This document shows positions 36,530-45,585 of a stretch of DNA of 64,000 bases, one piece after another. Under the pieces are notes generated by a model. The model had not been told where the DNA came from. It did not search any database and saw only the letters and a list, made by a program, of their open reading frames with translations. How positions within the stretch are numbered: position 1 is the first letter of the stretch; every line of letters begins with the position of its first letter. The stretch is from a virus: positions 20,466 through 84,465 of the IMG/VR virus record IMGVR_UViG_3300032331_000813; one strand, 5' to 3'. A program made the position numbers and the translations under genes.

Positions 36530-37923
36530 TGAGCAATGAACAACAACGAATAAAAGACATTAAGATCAAGATTGAAAATGAAGTAGGTTCTACTTTCTGT
36601 CTTGCCAAATGGCATCATGTCACGATGTATTTGCAATCAGGTGAAACACATAGTTGTTATCATCCCAAACCGCATAAAATCCCTTTAAGGGAACTTAAAG
36701 ACAATCCGTCTGCATTACATAATACTTTAGAAAAAAAGACTGAACGTAAGTTAATGCTTGAAGGGGAGAAACCTTCGGGATGCCAGTACTGCTGGAACAT
36801 TGAAGCAATGGGCCCAGACTATATTAGTGACCGTCATATTCGTAATGCATCTATCTTTACAGAAGAACGATATGAGCAAACTGTTAAGGGACCTTGGGAT
36901 CAGAATATTAACCCAGAATACTTAGAGATTAATTTTGGTAACGAATGTAACTTCAAATGCGGTTACTGTCACCCAAAGTATAGTACAAGTTTCTACAATG
37001 AAATAAAAACTAACGGTCCTGTTAATACAGTAAAGAATCATCGTTGCGACATTGATTGGATGAGACTATATCAGCGTGAAGAAGAAAATCCGTACGTTGA
37101 TGCATTTTGGCAATGGTGGCCTGAATTACGCAAGACATTGAACATCATGCGGGTTACAGGTGGCGAGCCTACTATGCACACTAGCACTTGGAAATTATTG
37201 AAAGAGATTGACCAAGACCCTATGCCTTGGTTAGAGTTGAACATCAATAGCAATTTAGGCACTAAAACTAGTCTAGTTGAAAAACTAAGTGATAGTGTAA
37301 AGACGCTATGTGATGATAAAAAGATTCGTGCTTTCAAGTTATTCACTAGCATGGATACATGGGGTCAACGTGCTGAATATATTCGCACTGGTTTAGATTT
37401 AGAATTATGGGAAAAAAATTTCCACACCTACTTAACTAGAACTGATAGCCCAATCACGTTTATGATTACCTTCAACATTTTTAGTGTGACTACCTTTAAG
37501 TCATTGCTAGAGAAAATGTTAGAATGGAGAAATCAATATGGATGGTATGATGATATAAAAAGCCATCGTGTTCGTTTTGATACACCTTATTTGCGTGATC
37601 CAATTCAATACGATATGAATATTCTTCCTAAAGAAGAATTCATGCCTTACATGCACGAATCATTAAAATTTATGGAAGACAACTTAGACGATAATGCTAG
37701 CAATAAGTTTACTACGGTAGAATATGAAAAGTTCAAGCGTGTAGTAGATTACATGGCAGAGACAGTTTATCCAGAAAACAAACTGGTTGAAGGTCGCAGA
37801 GATTTTTATAATTGGTTCAACGAATTAGATGAGCGTAGGGATACAGATATGTTATCTATTTTTCCAGAGTATATAAAGTTCTATAGATTATGTCAAGAAG
37901 CTAATCAGTTAAATCCATTATGA
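36529..37923 (+). CDS. radical SAM protein with N-terminal twitch/SPASM-like Cys domain
   Basis: CNFKCGYC (CX3CX2C) and GGEP; N-terminal FCLAKW...SCYH...GCQYC. Start moved to ATG 36529, which overlaps the previous TAA. Confidence 0.85.
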   Translation: MSNEQQRIKDIKIKIENEVGSTFCLAKWHHVTMYLQSGETHSCYHPKPHKIPLRELKDNPSALHNTLEKKTERKLMLEGEKPSGCQYCWNIEAMGPDYISDRHIRNASIFTEERYEQTVKGPWDQNINPEYLEINFGNECNFKCGYCHPKYSTSFYNEIKTNGPVNTVKNHRCDIDWMRLYQREEENPYVDAFWQWWPELRKTLNIMRVTGGEPTMHTSTWKLLKEIDQDPMPWLELNINSNLGTKTSLVEKLSDSVKTLCDDKKIRAFKLFTSMDTWGQRAEYIRTGLDLELWEKNFHTYLTRTDSPITFMITFNIFSVTTFKSLLEKMLEWRNQYGWYDDIKSHRVRFDTPYLRDPIQYDMNILPKEEFMPYMHESLKFMEDNLDDNASNKFTTVEYEKFKRVVDYMAETVYPENKLVEGRRDFYNWFNELDERRDTDMLSIFPEYIKFYRLCQEANQLNPL

Positions 37924-39152
37924 ATAAAAACTATAGATTAAATGAAAGTAAAACTTTTTGTATGGCACCTTGGGTGCATTTGCATACTAATCCCAGTGGA
38001 GTTGCTGCCCCGTGCTGCATAGCACAATCATGCTCAACCTTCGACGGTGTAGGAAATGCAAAATCTCAATCATTAATGGAGTTAGTAAATTCTCCTAAAA
38101 TGAAACAATTGCGTTTAGACATGCTAAACGATGTTAAAAATCCTGAATGTGCAACTTGTCACAATATAGAAGAATATGAAATACAAAGTAGTAGAGAGCA
38201 TTTAAATATAGATTGGGGAAAAACATACTATGATGAATGTATTGAAGATACACTATCAGATGGTTCTTTAACTGAATTTAAAATGCGATACTTTGATATC
38301 AGATTTAGTAATATTTGTAATTTCAAATGTAGGTCTTGTGGTTCCTCATTCAGTAGTCAATGGGAACAAGAAGATTTAAAAAATAACTTAGTATATGCTA
38401 GAACGATACCAAAAAATGATAATAAAAATTTCTTAAATGATGTAGTTGATCAAATTCAATATATGGATCAAGCATACTTTGCAGGCGGTGAGCCATTGAT
38501 AACAGAAGAACATTATATCTTGTTGGAAGAAATGATCAAACAAGATAAAACAAATATAAAATTACGGTATAATACTAACTTGAGTAATTTAAAGTTTAAA
38601 GACAAAGATTTACTTGGGTTGTGGAAGCATTTTAAAAATGAAATAATGATCTCAGCTAGTATAGACCACTATGGTGAACGTGCAGAATATATACGGCACG
38701 GAACTGATTGGGCAACAGTTGAAAATAATTTCAAAATAATACGTAAATTGCCATATCTGAAGTTACAAATGCATTCTGTATTGAGTGTGTTTAACATGTT
38801 AACTATGCATGAATTTTATCAATATTTGGTTGACAACCAGTTATATGATAAGAAAAATTACCCTAACACAATATATAATTTAGATATTCCCGAAATATTA
38901 TCATGTAATATATTGCCACCGGAATACAAAGAAAAAGGAAAGTATAGTTTAGAAATGGTTGTATCAATGCTATCAAAGCAAAAATTTAGAAAATATCATA
39001 TTGATATGATAAAAAACGTAATTCCAAAAGCGTTAGCTAATGACACATGGGAAGATAAGAAAGAAGAATTTAGAAACGAGATACATAGATTAGATAAAAT
39101 ACGAGGGGAAGATTTTAGTAAAACTTTTCCAGAACTAGCAGGATTACTATGA
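37920..39152 (+). CDS. twitch-domain radical SAM protein
   Basis: CNFKCRSC and FAGGEP; N-terminal FCMAPW...PCC...ECATC. Confidence 0.85.
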   Translation: MNKNYRLNESKTFCMAPWVHLHTNPSGVAAPCCIAQSCSTFDGVGNAKSQSLMELVNSPKMKQLRLDMLNDVKNPECATCHNIEEYEIQSSREHLNIDWGKTYYDECIEDTLSDGSLTEFKMRYFDIRFSNICNFKCRSCGSSFSSQWEQEDLKNNLVYARTIPKNDNKNFLNDVVDQIQYMDQAYFAGGEPLITEEHYILLEEMIKQDKTNIKLRYNTNLSNLKFKDKDLLGLWKHFKNEIMISASIDHYGERAEYIRHGTDWATVENNFKIIRKLPYLKLQMHSVLSVFNMLTMHEFYQYLVDNQLYDKKNYPNTIYNLDIPEILSCNILPPEYKEKGKYSLEMVVSMLSKQKFRKYHIDMIKNVIPKALANDTWEDKKEEFRNEIHRLDKIRGEDFSKTFPELAGLL

Positions 39153-40375
39153 ACAAAGAATATCTATTAAACGAAAGTAAAACTTTCTGTATGTTTCCCT
39201 GGGTGCATTTAAATGTTACTCCTAAAGGAGATATCTACCCCTGCTGTAGTAATGACTATACAGTACCATTTGGTAACACTAAACAAACTAGCCTTAAAGA
39301 AGCATTTAACAACGAACAGATGAAGCAATTGCGTTTGGATATGTTGAATGACAAACCAAACAAGATATGTAACTTCTGCTACAAGCACGAAGAAGCAGGG
39401 CCTCATAGTTTTAGAAACTATAGCAAAGAACACTTTGCTAAACACTTTGATACAACTGTTCCTACTACACAAGCTGACGGAACTGTTCCTGACTTTAAGA
39501 TGCATTACTTTGACATACGTTTTAGTAACATATGCAATTTCAAATGCAGAACATGTGGAAGTGAATTCAGTAGTCAATGGGGAGCAGAGATGCGAGCCAA
39601 TCATGATCCAAAGCATCCTATCGTTATCCATGCTGATGAAAAGGGTAATCTATTACGTGAAGTATTAGAACAAGTAGAACATATTGACCTAGCATACTTT
39701 GCAGGCGGTGAACCAACGCTAACAGAAGAACATTATCTGATGTTAGAAGAAATGATTCGCAAAGGTCGCACAGACATTACACTACGTTACAATACAAACG
39801 CTAGTAATATCAAGTTTAAAGACTATGACTTGCTAGACATGTGGAAACACTTTAAAAAGATTGAGTTAAGTTGTAGTATTGACCATTATGGAGAACGTGC
39901 AGAATGGTTGCGTCATGGAACTGACTGGGGATTGGTTGAAAGTAATCTACTAAAGTTTCGTGATTTAGATTATGTTTCGTTTCAATTGAATACAGTATTC
40001 TCAATATTCAATTACTCAACTATTGGTGAATTTTATTCTTATCTAAAAAGTAAGGGTATTATTCGCAGAGATGATTGGTATCATAGTCTCTACTTAGCAG
40101 TTCATCCTAGCTATTATAGTGGTAAGAGTTTACCCAAAGAACTAAAAGTCGAAGCAGCAAGTAAAGCATTAGCCTGGGCACAGAATAACGAGGGCGACGG
40201 TACATCATTGTCCCGCTTAGTAACCGATGCGGTTAATTTTGCCAAAGAAGATGATTCTTGGGGAGCAAATAAACAAACTTTTATGTTACACACAGGGTCA
40301 AGTGATAGGATACGCGGGGAAAGTTTATGGAAAACATTCCCTGAATTAAATAAATTACAAGAGTTGATGGAGTAA
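39149..40375 (+). CDS. twitch-domain radical SAM protein
   Basis: CNFKCRTC and FAGGEP; N-terminal FCMFPW...PCC...ICNFC; close paralog of 37920..39152. Confidence 0.85.
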   Translation: MNKEYLLNESKTFCMFPWVHLNVTPKGDIYPCCSNDYTVPFGNTKQTSLKEAFNNEQMKQLRLDMLNDKPNKICNFCYKHEEAGPHSFRNYSKEHFAKHFDTTVPTTQADGTVPDFKMHYFDIRFSNICNFKCRTCGSEFSSQWGAEMRANHDPKHPIVIHADEKGNLLREVLEQVEHIDLAYFAGGEPTLTEEHYLMLEEMIRKGRTDITLRYNTNASNIKFKDYDLLDMWKHFKKIELSCSIDHYGERAEWLRHGTDWGLVESNLLKFRDLDYVSFQLNTVFSIFNYSTIGEFYSYLKSKGIIRRDDWYHSLYLAVHPSYYSGKSLPKELKVEAASKALAWAQNNEGDGTSLSRLVTDAVNFAKEDDSWGANKQTFMLHTGSSDRIRGESLWKTFPELNKLQELME

Positions 40376-40377
40376 AA

Positions 40378-41655
40378 ATGCAAGACCCAATCGTAGTAGA
40401 AAATTTAGTTAAACATGGTAAACACTTTTGTGTATTACCTTGGGTACATTTTCATTCATGGCCCGATGGTAAGGTAATGCCTTGTTGCGTTGCGGATAGC
40501 AATATGCCCGTAGCATCAATAAAAAACAATGAATCTATTATTCAGATGATGAATAGTGAAGATTACAAGAAGATGCGTACTAAAATGCTGAACGATGAAC
40601 CAGTCGAAGCCTGCAAGCGTTGTTATGATTTAGAAATTATGGGCACATGGACAATGCGTCAAAGTCATAACAAGCGCAGGGGACTTGAGTATGTAGATAT
40701 GATTTCAAAAAACACAACCAAAGATGGTAGTCTAACTGAATTCAAAATGAAGTATATGGACTTGCGTTTTAGTAACATGTGTAATATGAAATGTCGTAGT
40801 TGTGGTCCTGGATGCAGTAGCCTTTGGGCACAAGAGTTTGTGGACGAGAGGGGTGTTGACGTTTACGAGGAATATTTCAAAACTAGAAAAGTTGTAATCA
40901 ACGCTTCTGAAGAAATGGGTTTTATGGACAAACTAAAGCCTTATCTTAAAGACGTACTAGAAGTTTATTTTGCAGGCGGGGAGATTATTATCACTCCTGA
41001 ACACTATGAATGTTTAGATTATTGGATTGAAAATGGCTTAACTAAACAAGTTGAGTTGACTTATACTACTAACTTTAGTTCATTGAAATACAAAGATAAA
41101 GACTTGATTGGGTATTGGAAGAAGTTTCCGCAATTAAAAATATGGGCTAGTTTAGATGCTGAAGGTAAAGTAGCAGAGTCTATCCGCAAGGGAACAGACT
41201 GGGAGCGCATCGTTAAAAATATGAAAACTCTTAAAGAACAAGTTCCTCATGCACAGTTTCAAATTACTCCAACTATAAGTATATGGAATGTTTTTGATTT
41301 CCCTGACTTCTTTGATTACATGGTAGATGAAGGGTTTATCGATGTTCGTAGCAGCAGTCCTAGATTTAACCTAGCAACTAATCCATGGTATGCAAATATT
41401 ATGATATTACCAGTATCGGTTAAGCGTAGACTGATTGAATTATATCGGGTATATGCTGAAAGATATGAAAATGTAAATCAAGACATTGCCAATGGATTTA
41501 GAATGATTATATATAACTTAAATGTAGGTGATGAGAACAAAGGCGGTATATTAGAGTTTAAAAAATTCAATGATGAATTAGATGAATTTAGAAATGAAAA
41601 ACTAGAAGATATTGTTACGGGACTTAAAGAGGTATATGCATGGGCAGAAAGCTAA
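40378..41655 (+). CDS. twitch-domain radical SAM protein
   Basis: CNMKCRSC and FAGGE; N-terminal FCVLPW...PCC...ACKRC. Confidence 0.85.
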   Translation: MQDPIVVENLVKHGKHFCVLPWVHFHSWPDGKVMPCCVADSNMPVASIKNNESIIQMMNSEDYKKMRTKMLNDEPVEACKRCYDLEIMGTWTMRQSHNKRRGLEYVDMISKNTTKDGSLTEFKMKYMDLRFSNMCNMKCRSCGPGCSSLWAQEFVDERGVDVYEEYFKTRKVVINASEEMGFMDKLKPYLKDVLEVYFAGGEIIITPEHYECLDYWIENGLTKQVELTYTTNFSSLKYKDKDLIGYWKKFPQLKIWASLDAEGKVAESIRKGTDWERIVKNMKTLKEQVPHAQFQITPTISIWNVFDFPDFFDYMVDEGFIDVRSSSPRFNLATNPWYANIMILPVSVKRRLIELYRVYAERYENVNQDIANGFRMIIYNLNVGDENKGGILEFKKFNDELDEFRNEKLEDIVTGLKEVYAWAES

Positions 41656-42611
41656 TAGCTATTGAAGCCCCAGAACCATATTTGGCAATTACGTGGCAAG
41701 TTAACAATTACTGTAATTTTAAATGCAGTTATTGTAATCCGGGCAATTGGGGCGGGACTGATGTAAATGATGGCAACACCGATTTATACATCAAAAATTT
41801 AGAAACGATAATCAATCGTTACAAAGATGTAGGCTATAAAAACTTTAAGTTTTTCTTTAGTGGTGGAGAACCTACTGCATGGCGCAACTTCATACCAATT
41901 TGTGAATGGTTATACAATGAGTTACCACACGCTACATTAGCAGTTAATACAAACTTAAGTCGTCCATTGAAATGGTGGGAAAAGAATCATCACTTGTTTG
42001 ACGATGTGGTTGCTAGTTTTCACGTAGAGTTTGCAGATAAACAACGTTATGAAGAAAATAGTATATTCTTATGTGACAAGGTAAACTACCTAGCTACTAA
42101 AATGCTATTGCATGAAGAAAAGTTTTGGGAAGTAGTTGAGTTCGGTAAGCATTTGAAAACAGTAATGCCAAACTACTTCTTAGAGTGGACTCCGTTGTTT
42201 GATGAGATGAGTGTAAATGCAGGTCCATGGTCATATAAAGATTCAACTAAAACTCAATTTATAAATGACTGTACCTCTGAACATCATCAGTCTAAACCAA
42301 AACCAAACAAAAGAACAAATTTCACCGTCAGCTATAATAAATATGATGACAATCATACTGAAGTATGTAATAGTAATGAAGTAATTGTTGCTGGTAATAA
42401 TTTCTTTAAGGGTTGGCAATGTAATGTAGGTGATGCAATTTTTATTAATCCAACGGGAGAAATGAGTTTAGCAAGTTGCGGAATGGGCGGTAACGTAGGG
42501 CATATATTGAAAGATATAAAACGTGTTGGTCCCAAACAAATAATGTGTGCCAAAGAACATTGTCATTGTGGCACCGATATTATTATACCTAAGTATTTAA
42601 AAAATGAATAA
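41640..42611 (+). CDS. radical SAM protein with C-terminal Cys-rich (SPASM/twitch-like) domain
   Basis: CNFKCSYC and SGGEPT; C-terminal WQC...ASC...CAKEHCHCGTD. Confidence 0.85.
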   Translation: MGRKLIAIEAPEPYLAITWQVNNYCNFKCSYCNPGNWGGTDVNDGNTDLYIKNLETIINRYKDVGYKNFKFFFSGGEPTAWRNFIPICEWLYNELPHATLAVNTNLSRPLKWWEKNHHLFDDVVASFHVEFADKQRYEENSIFLCDKVNYLATKMLLHEEKFWEVVEFGKHLKTVMPNYFLEWTPLFDEMSVNAGPWSYKDSTKTQFINDCTSEHHQSKPKPNKRTNFTVSYNKYDDNHTEVCNSNEVIVAGNNFFKGWQCNVGDAIFINPTGEMSLASCGMGGNVGHILKDIKRVGPKQIMCAKEHCHCGTDIIIPKYLKNE

Positions 42612-43908
42612 TATTAAAATAGTTTACAGTTGGATTGGACCAAAAGGTCCAATCATGAATACAGAATTACCTAACATATTGTGTTTTGCTAATGTGACAA
42701 CAGATGTGACTGTCAATTCACAAAAATTTTGGGCAGATGGTTTATATCATAGCGTATTTTTAAATACTGAACCATATCAATTAGCATCTACTATAGATAT
42801 AAACGAGAATGATACTTTCATATATCCGTTTACGTTAGCATGGAGGCATTCTATGACAACGTATTTTACTCCATTCAATGGTATATTAGAATACTCACAC
42901 ACCCCTGATAATATAATACATCAAGTTCGTACACATAAGGGCTATTTTTTATTAGAATATGCAGTTGAGGCTTTCATTAGGCCGGACCATTTGAGTTTGA
43001 TTCATACTTATTTCAAAAATTATGATATTCCCTTATGTAAAGTAATATATATTACTGGATGCATGAATGCATTAGAGAGATATGAGGTTTGGTGCCAGCA
43101 AAACGGTATACCTGATACTCCAAAAGATAGAATTAAATTAGTATCTTACCCTACTAGTAGGTACAATTTAGCAAGCCATATGTTAAATAACACTGAACCA
43201 AATTACAATACAGAGTTTGTTCCTGATAAATTATTTCTATCTTGGAATAGAAGATTTAGACCTCACCGTACAATACTGACTCTAGCATTAGATAAATTAG
43301 AAATAGTAGATAGAAGTTACTTTAGTATGGGTAGAAATGATCCTGAATTTGGCGATCAATTATTTGAAAACAACCTGTGGGTAAATGTATATAGTCATAA
43401 TATGTTCAATCTAACCGTTGAAGACCTTAATAAGTTGTTAGTCAAATTACCTTTAATAGTAGATGGCAAAACTGAAATACATGACATGTGCATAGATAGT
43501 TTAAGTGAGGCTAGAACATTTTATCAGAACAGTTTGATAAGCATAGTTACAGAAACCAATTTTGATTTAGAAGAAGTAACCTTAACTGAAAAAGCATTTA
43601 AGCCCGCAAAAGAAAAACACCCCTTCATATTAGTGGGAGGTCAAGGATCATTAAAAGCTATGCGTGATGAAGGCTTTATGACATTTGGTCAATTTTGGGA
43701 TGAGTCCTATGACAATATAACTGATTGGCAACAACGCTTACATAAAATTATAGAAATAGCAGAACAAATTAGTAAATGGAACGATGAACAGATAATTGAC
43801 TTTAAAAGAAAAGTACAACCAATATTAGACTATAATTATAATGTATTGAAAACTAGTAGTACCAAACATGTAGCAGAAAAAATTAAAAATTTAATAGGAA
43901 ATACATAA
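42604..43908 (+). CDS. hypothetical protein with 'VTET..TEK..KP..HPFI' domain (possible GT-B/GT10-like glycosyltransferase)
   Basis: C-terminal SIVTETNF...LTEKAFKPAKEKHPFILVG...GFMTFGQFWDESYD is shared with 49373..51154 and resembles the GT10 donor-binding TEK motif. Confidence 0.45.
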   Translation: MNNIKIVYSWIGPKGPIMNTELPNILCFANVTTDVTVNSQKFWADGLYHSVFLNTEPYQLASTIDINENDTFIYPFTLAWRHSMTTYFTPFNGILEYSHTPDNIIHQVRTHKGYFLLEYAVEAFIRPDHLSLIHTYFKNYDIPLCKVIYITGCMNALERYEVWCQQNGIPDTPKDRIKLVSYPTSRYNLASHMLNNTEPNYNTEFVPDKLFLSWNRRFRPHRTILTLALDKLEIVDRSYFSMGRNDPEFGDQLFENNLWVNVYSHNMFNLTVEDLNKLLVKLPLIVDGKTEIHDMCIDSLSEARTFYQNSLISIVTETNFDLEEVTLTEKAFKPAKEKHPFILVGGQGSLKAMRDEGFMTFGQFWDESYDNITDWQQRLHKIIEIAEQISKWNDEQIIDFKRKVQPILDYNYNVLKTSSTKHVAEKIKNLIGNT

Positions 43909-43909
43909 A

Positions 43910-44887
43910 ATGAAAAAAATATTAGTGTGTGGTGCCGGAGGATTTATAGGTTCTCATTTGGTAGAGAGTTTAAAGCAACAAAGACATTATGTCATTGGAG
44001 CTGATTTGAAATATCCTTTATATTCAGAATCACCGGCAGATGAATTTCGTATAATGGATTTGCGTAATCAAAGAATTGTAGAACAATTGATTACAAGTGA
44101 TATTGATGAAATATATCAACTTGCTGCTGATATGGGTGGCGCAGGATATATCTTTACAGGTGAACATGATGCTGACATTATGCATAATTCTGCTATGATT
44201 AATCTGAATATATTAGATGAAATGCAGAAGAAAGGTGTAAAGAATGTTTTCTATTCAAGTAGTGCATGTATGTATCCTGAGCATAATCAAACAGACCCTA
44301 ACAATCCATTACTAAGTGAAGATAGTGCATATCCAGCAGCACCTGATAGTGAGTATGGTTGGGAGAAGTTGTTTAGTGAAAGACTGTATATGTCTTACGC
44401 ACGTAACTATGGCATGCGTGTACGCATTGCACGTTTTCATAACATCTTTGGTCCCAAAGGTAGCTGGAACAATGGCAAAGAAAAAGCACCTGCTGCATTA
44501 TGTCGTAAGATAGCGATGTGCAATGAAAAAGGTTTGGTTAATGTTTGGGGTCCAGGTAATCAAACACGTAGCTTCTTGTACATTGATGAATGTATAGAAG
44601 GTATGCAACGTATTATGGCTAGTGATTGTGAATTTCCTTTAAATTTAGGTAGTGAAAGAATGATTAGTATTAATCATCTTGTATTCTTGATTGCTAAATT
44701 AGTCAATAAAAACATAGCGATAACTAACATAGATGGTCCTATGGGAGTAAGAGGTAGAAATAGTCATAACAAATTGATTAAAGAAACTATTGATTGGGCT
44801 CCTAATGAAAATCTAGAATATGGATTGATACAAACATACAATTGGATAGAAAATCAAATAAAGAACAATAAAGTAGACCATGAGTGA
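43910..44887 (+). CDS. NAD-dependent nucleotide-sugar epimerase (GDP-mannose 3',5'-epimerase-like extended SDR)
   Basis: GAGGFIG, LAADMGGAG, YSSSACMYP, YGWEK (YxxxK) and EKAPAALCRK. Confidence 0.9.
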   Translation: MKKILVCGAGGFIGSHLVESLKQQRHYVIGADLKYPLYSESPADEFRIMDLRNQRIVEQLITSDIDEIYQLAADMGGAGYIFTGEHDADIMHNSAMINLNILDEMQKKGVKNVFYSSSACMYPEHNQTDPNNPLLSEDSAYPAAPDSEYGWEKLFSERLYMSYARNYGMRVRIARFHNIFGPKGSWNNGKEKAPAALCRKIAMCNEKGLVNVWGPGNQTRSFLYIDECIEGMQRIMASDCEFPLNLGSERMISINHLVFLIAKLVNKNIAITNIDGPMGVRGRNSHNKLIKETIDWAPNENLEYGLIQTYNWIENQIKNNKVDHE

Positions 44888-45536
44888 TTTAAATACCAAA
44901 TGGGTATTGGAGAATTTTAGTGACAAACCTATTAATTTTTTTGATATAGGTGCAGCACAAGTTAGCGGTGATGCAATAGTTTTTAAGACTATGTTACCTA
45001 ACGCAACTATATATGCTTTTGAATGTGCAGAAATATATAGAGAACATAATTTTCAATTTGCACAATGGTATGATATAAAATATTTTCATTGTGCTATGTC
45101 AGATAAAAACGGAACAGCTACGTTTTATCCATCAGACACATATAATGGAAATCATCATCCTTATTCAGGTAGTATATGTAAACCTACTACTACTATTACT
45201 TCTTTCGGCGAGTTTGTTTGGGGAGAACCTTATGCAGTTGAAACTATTAGATTAGATACCTTTTGTGATAAACATAATGTATCCCCTGACATAATACACA
45301 TTGATGTACAAGGAGCAGAGTACAAAGTTCTTAGCAGTATGGGTAATTATAGACCGTTGTGTATCTGGGCAGAGGTTAATGAATTTGAAAATTGCTATGA
45401 GACTAATATAAAATACAAAGATTTTAATGAATTGATGATTAGTTTAGGATATATCAAGCACCATTCAACCGGATTAGATGAGTTATACGTTTTGAGCAAT
45501 CTAGTAGTTACGCCATACTACGAAAAACATAAATAA
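44880..45536 (+). CDS. FkbM-family SAM-dependent methyltransferase
   Basis: FDIGAA, YAFE, VETIRLD and IHIDVQGAE motifs. Confidence 0.85.
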   Translation: MSDLNTKWVLENFSDKPINFFDIGAAQVSGDAIVFKTMLPNATIYAFECAEIYREHNFQFAQWYDIKYFHCAMSDKNGTATFYPSDTYNGNHHPYSGSICKPTTTITSFGEFVWGEPYAVETIRLDTFCDKHNVSPDIIHIDVQGAEYKVLSSMGNYRPLCIWAEVNEFENCYETNIKYKDFNELMISLGYIKHHSTGLDELYVLSNLVVTPYYEKHK

Positions 45537-45556
45537 AACGGGTACTTTGTAAAGAT

Positions 45557-45564
45557 ATTAAATA
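45557..45564 (+). promoter_or_regulatory. late-promoter-like motif (ATTAAATA)
   Basis: Lies in the only sizeable gap inside the operon, upstream of a GAGGAG RBS and the TTG start at 45586. Confidence 0.45.
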
Positions 45565-45585
45565 GTCTATAGAGGAGACTATTTT

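Noticed and set aside
36529-42611. Radical SAM genes as PqqE or RiPP maturases acting on the phage PqqA
   Set aside because: Four have N-terminal twitch domains, unlike PqqE; no PqqD/RRE, PqqB or PqqC is visible; they lie over 16 kb from pqqA among sugar-modifying genes.
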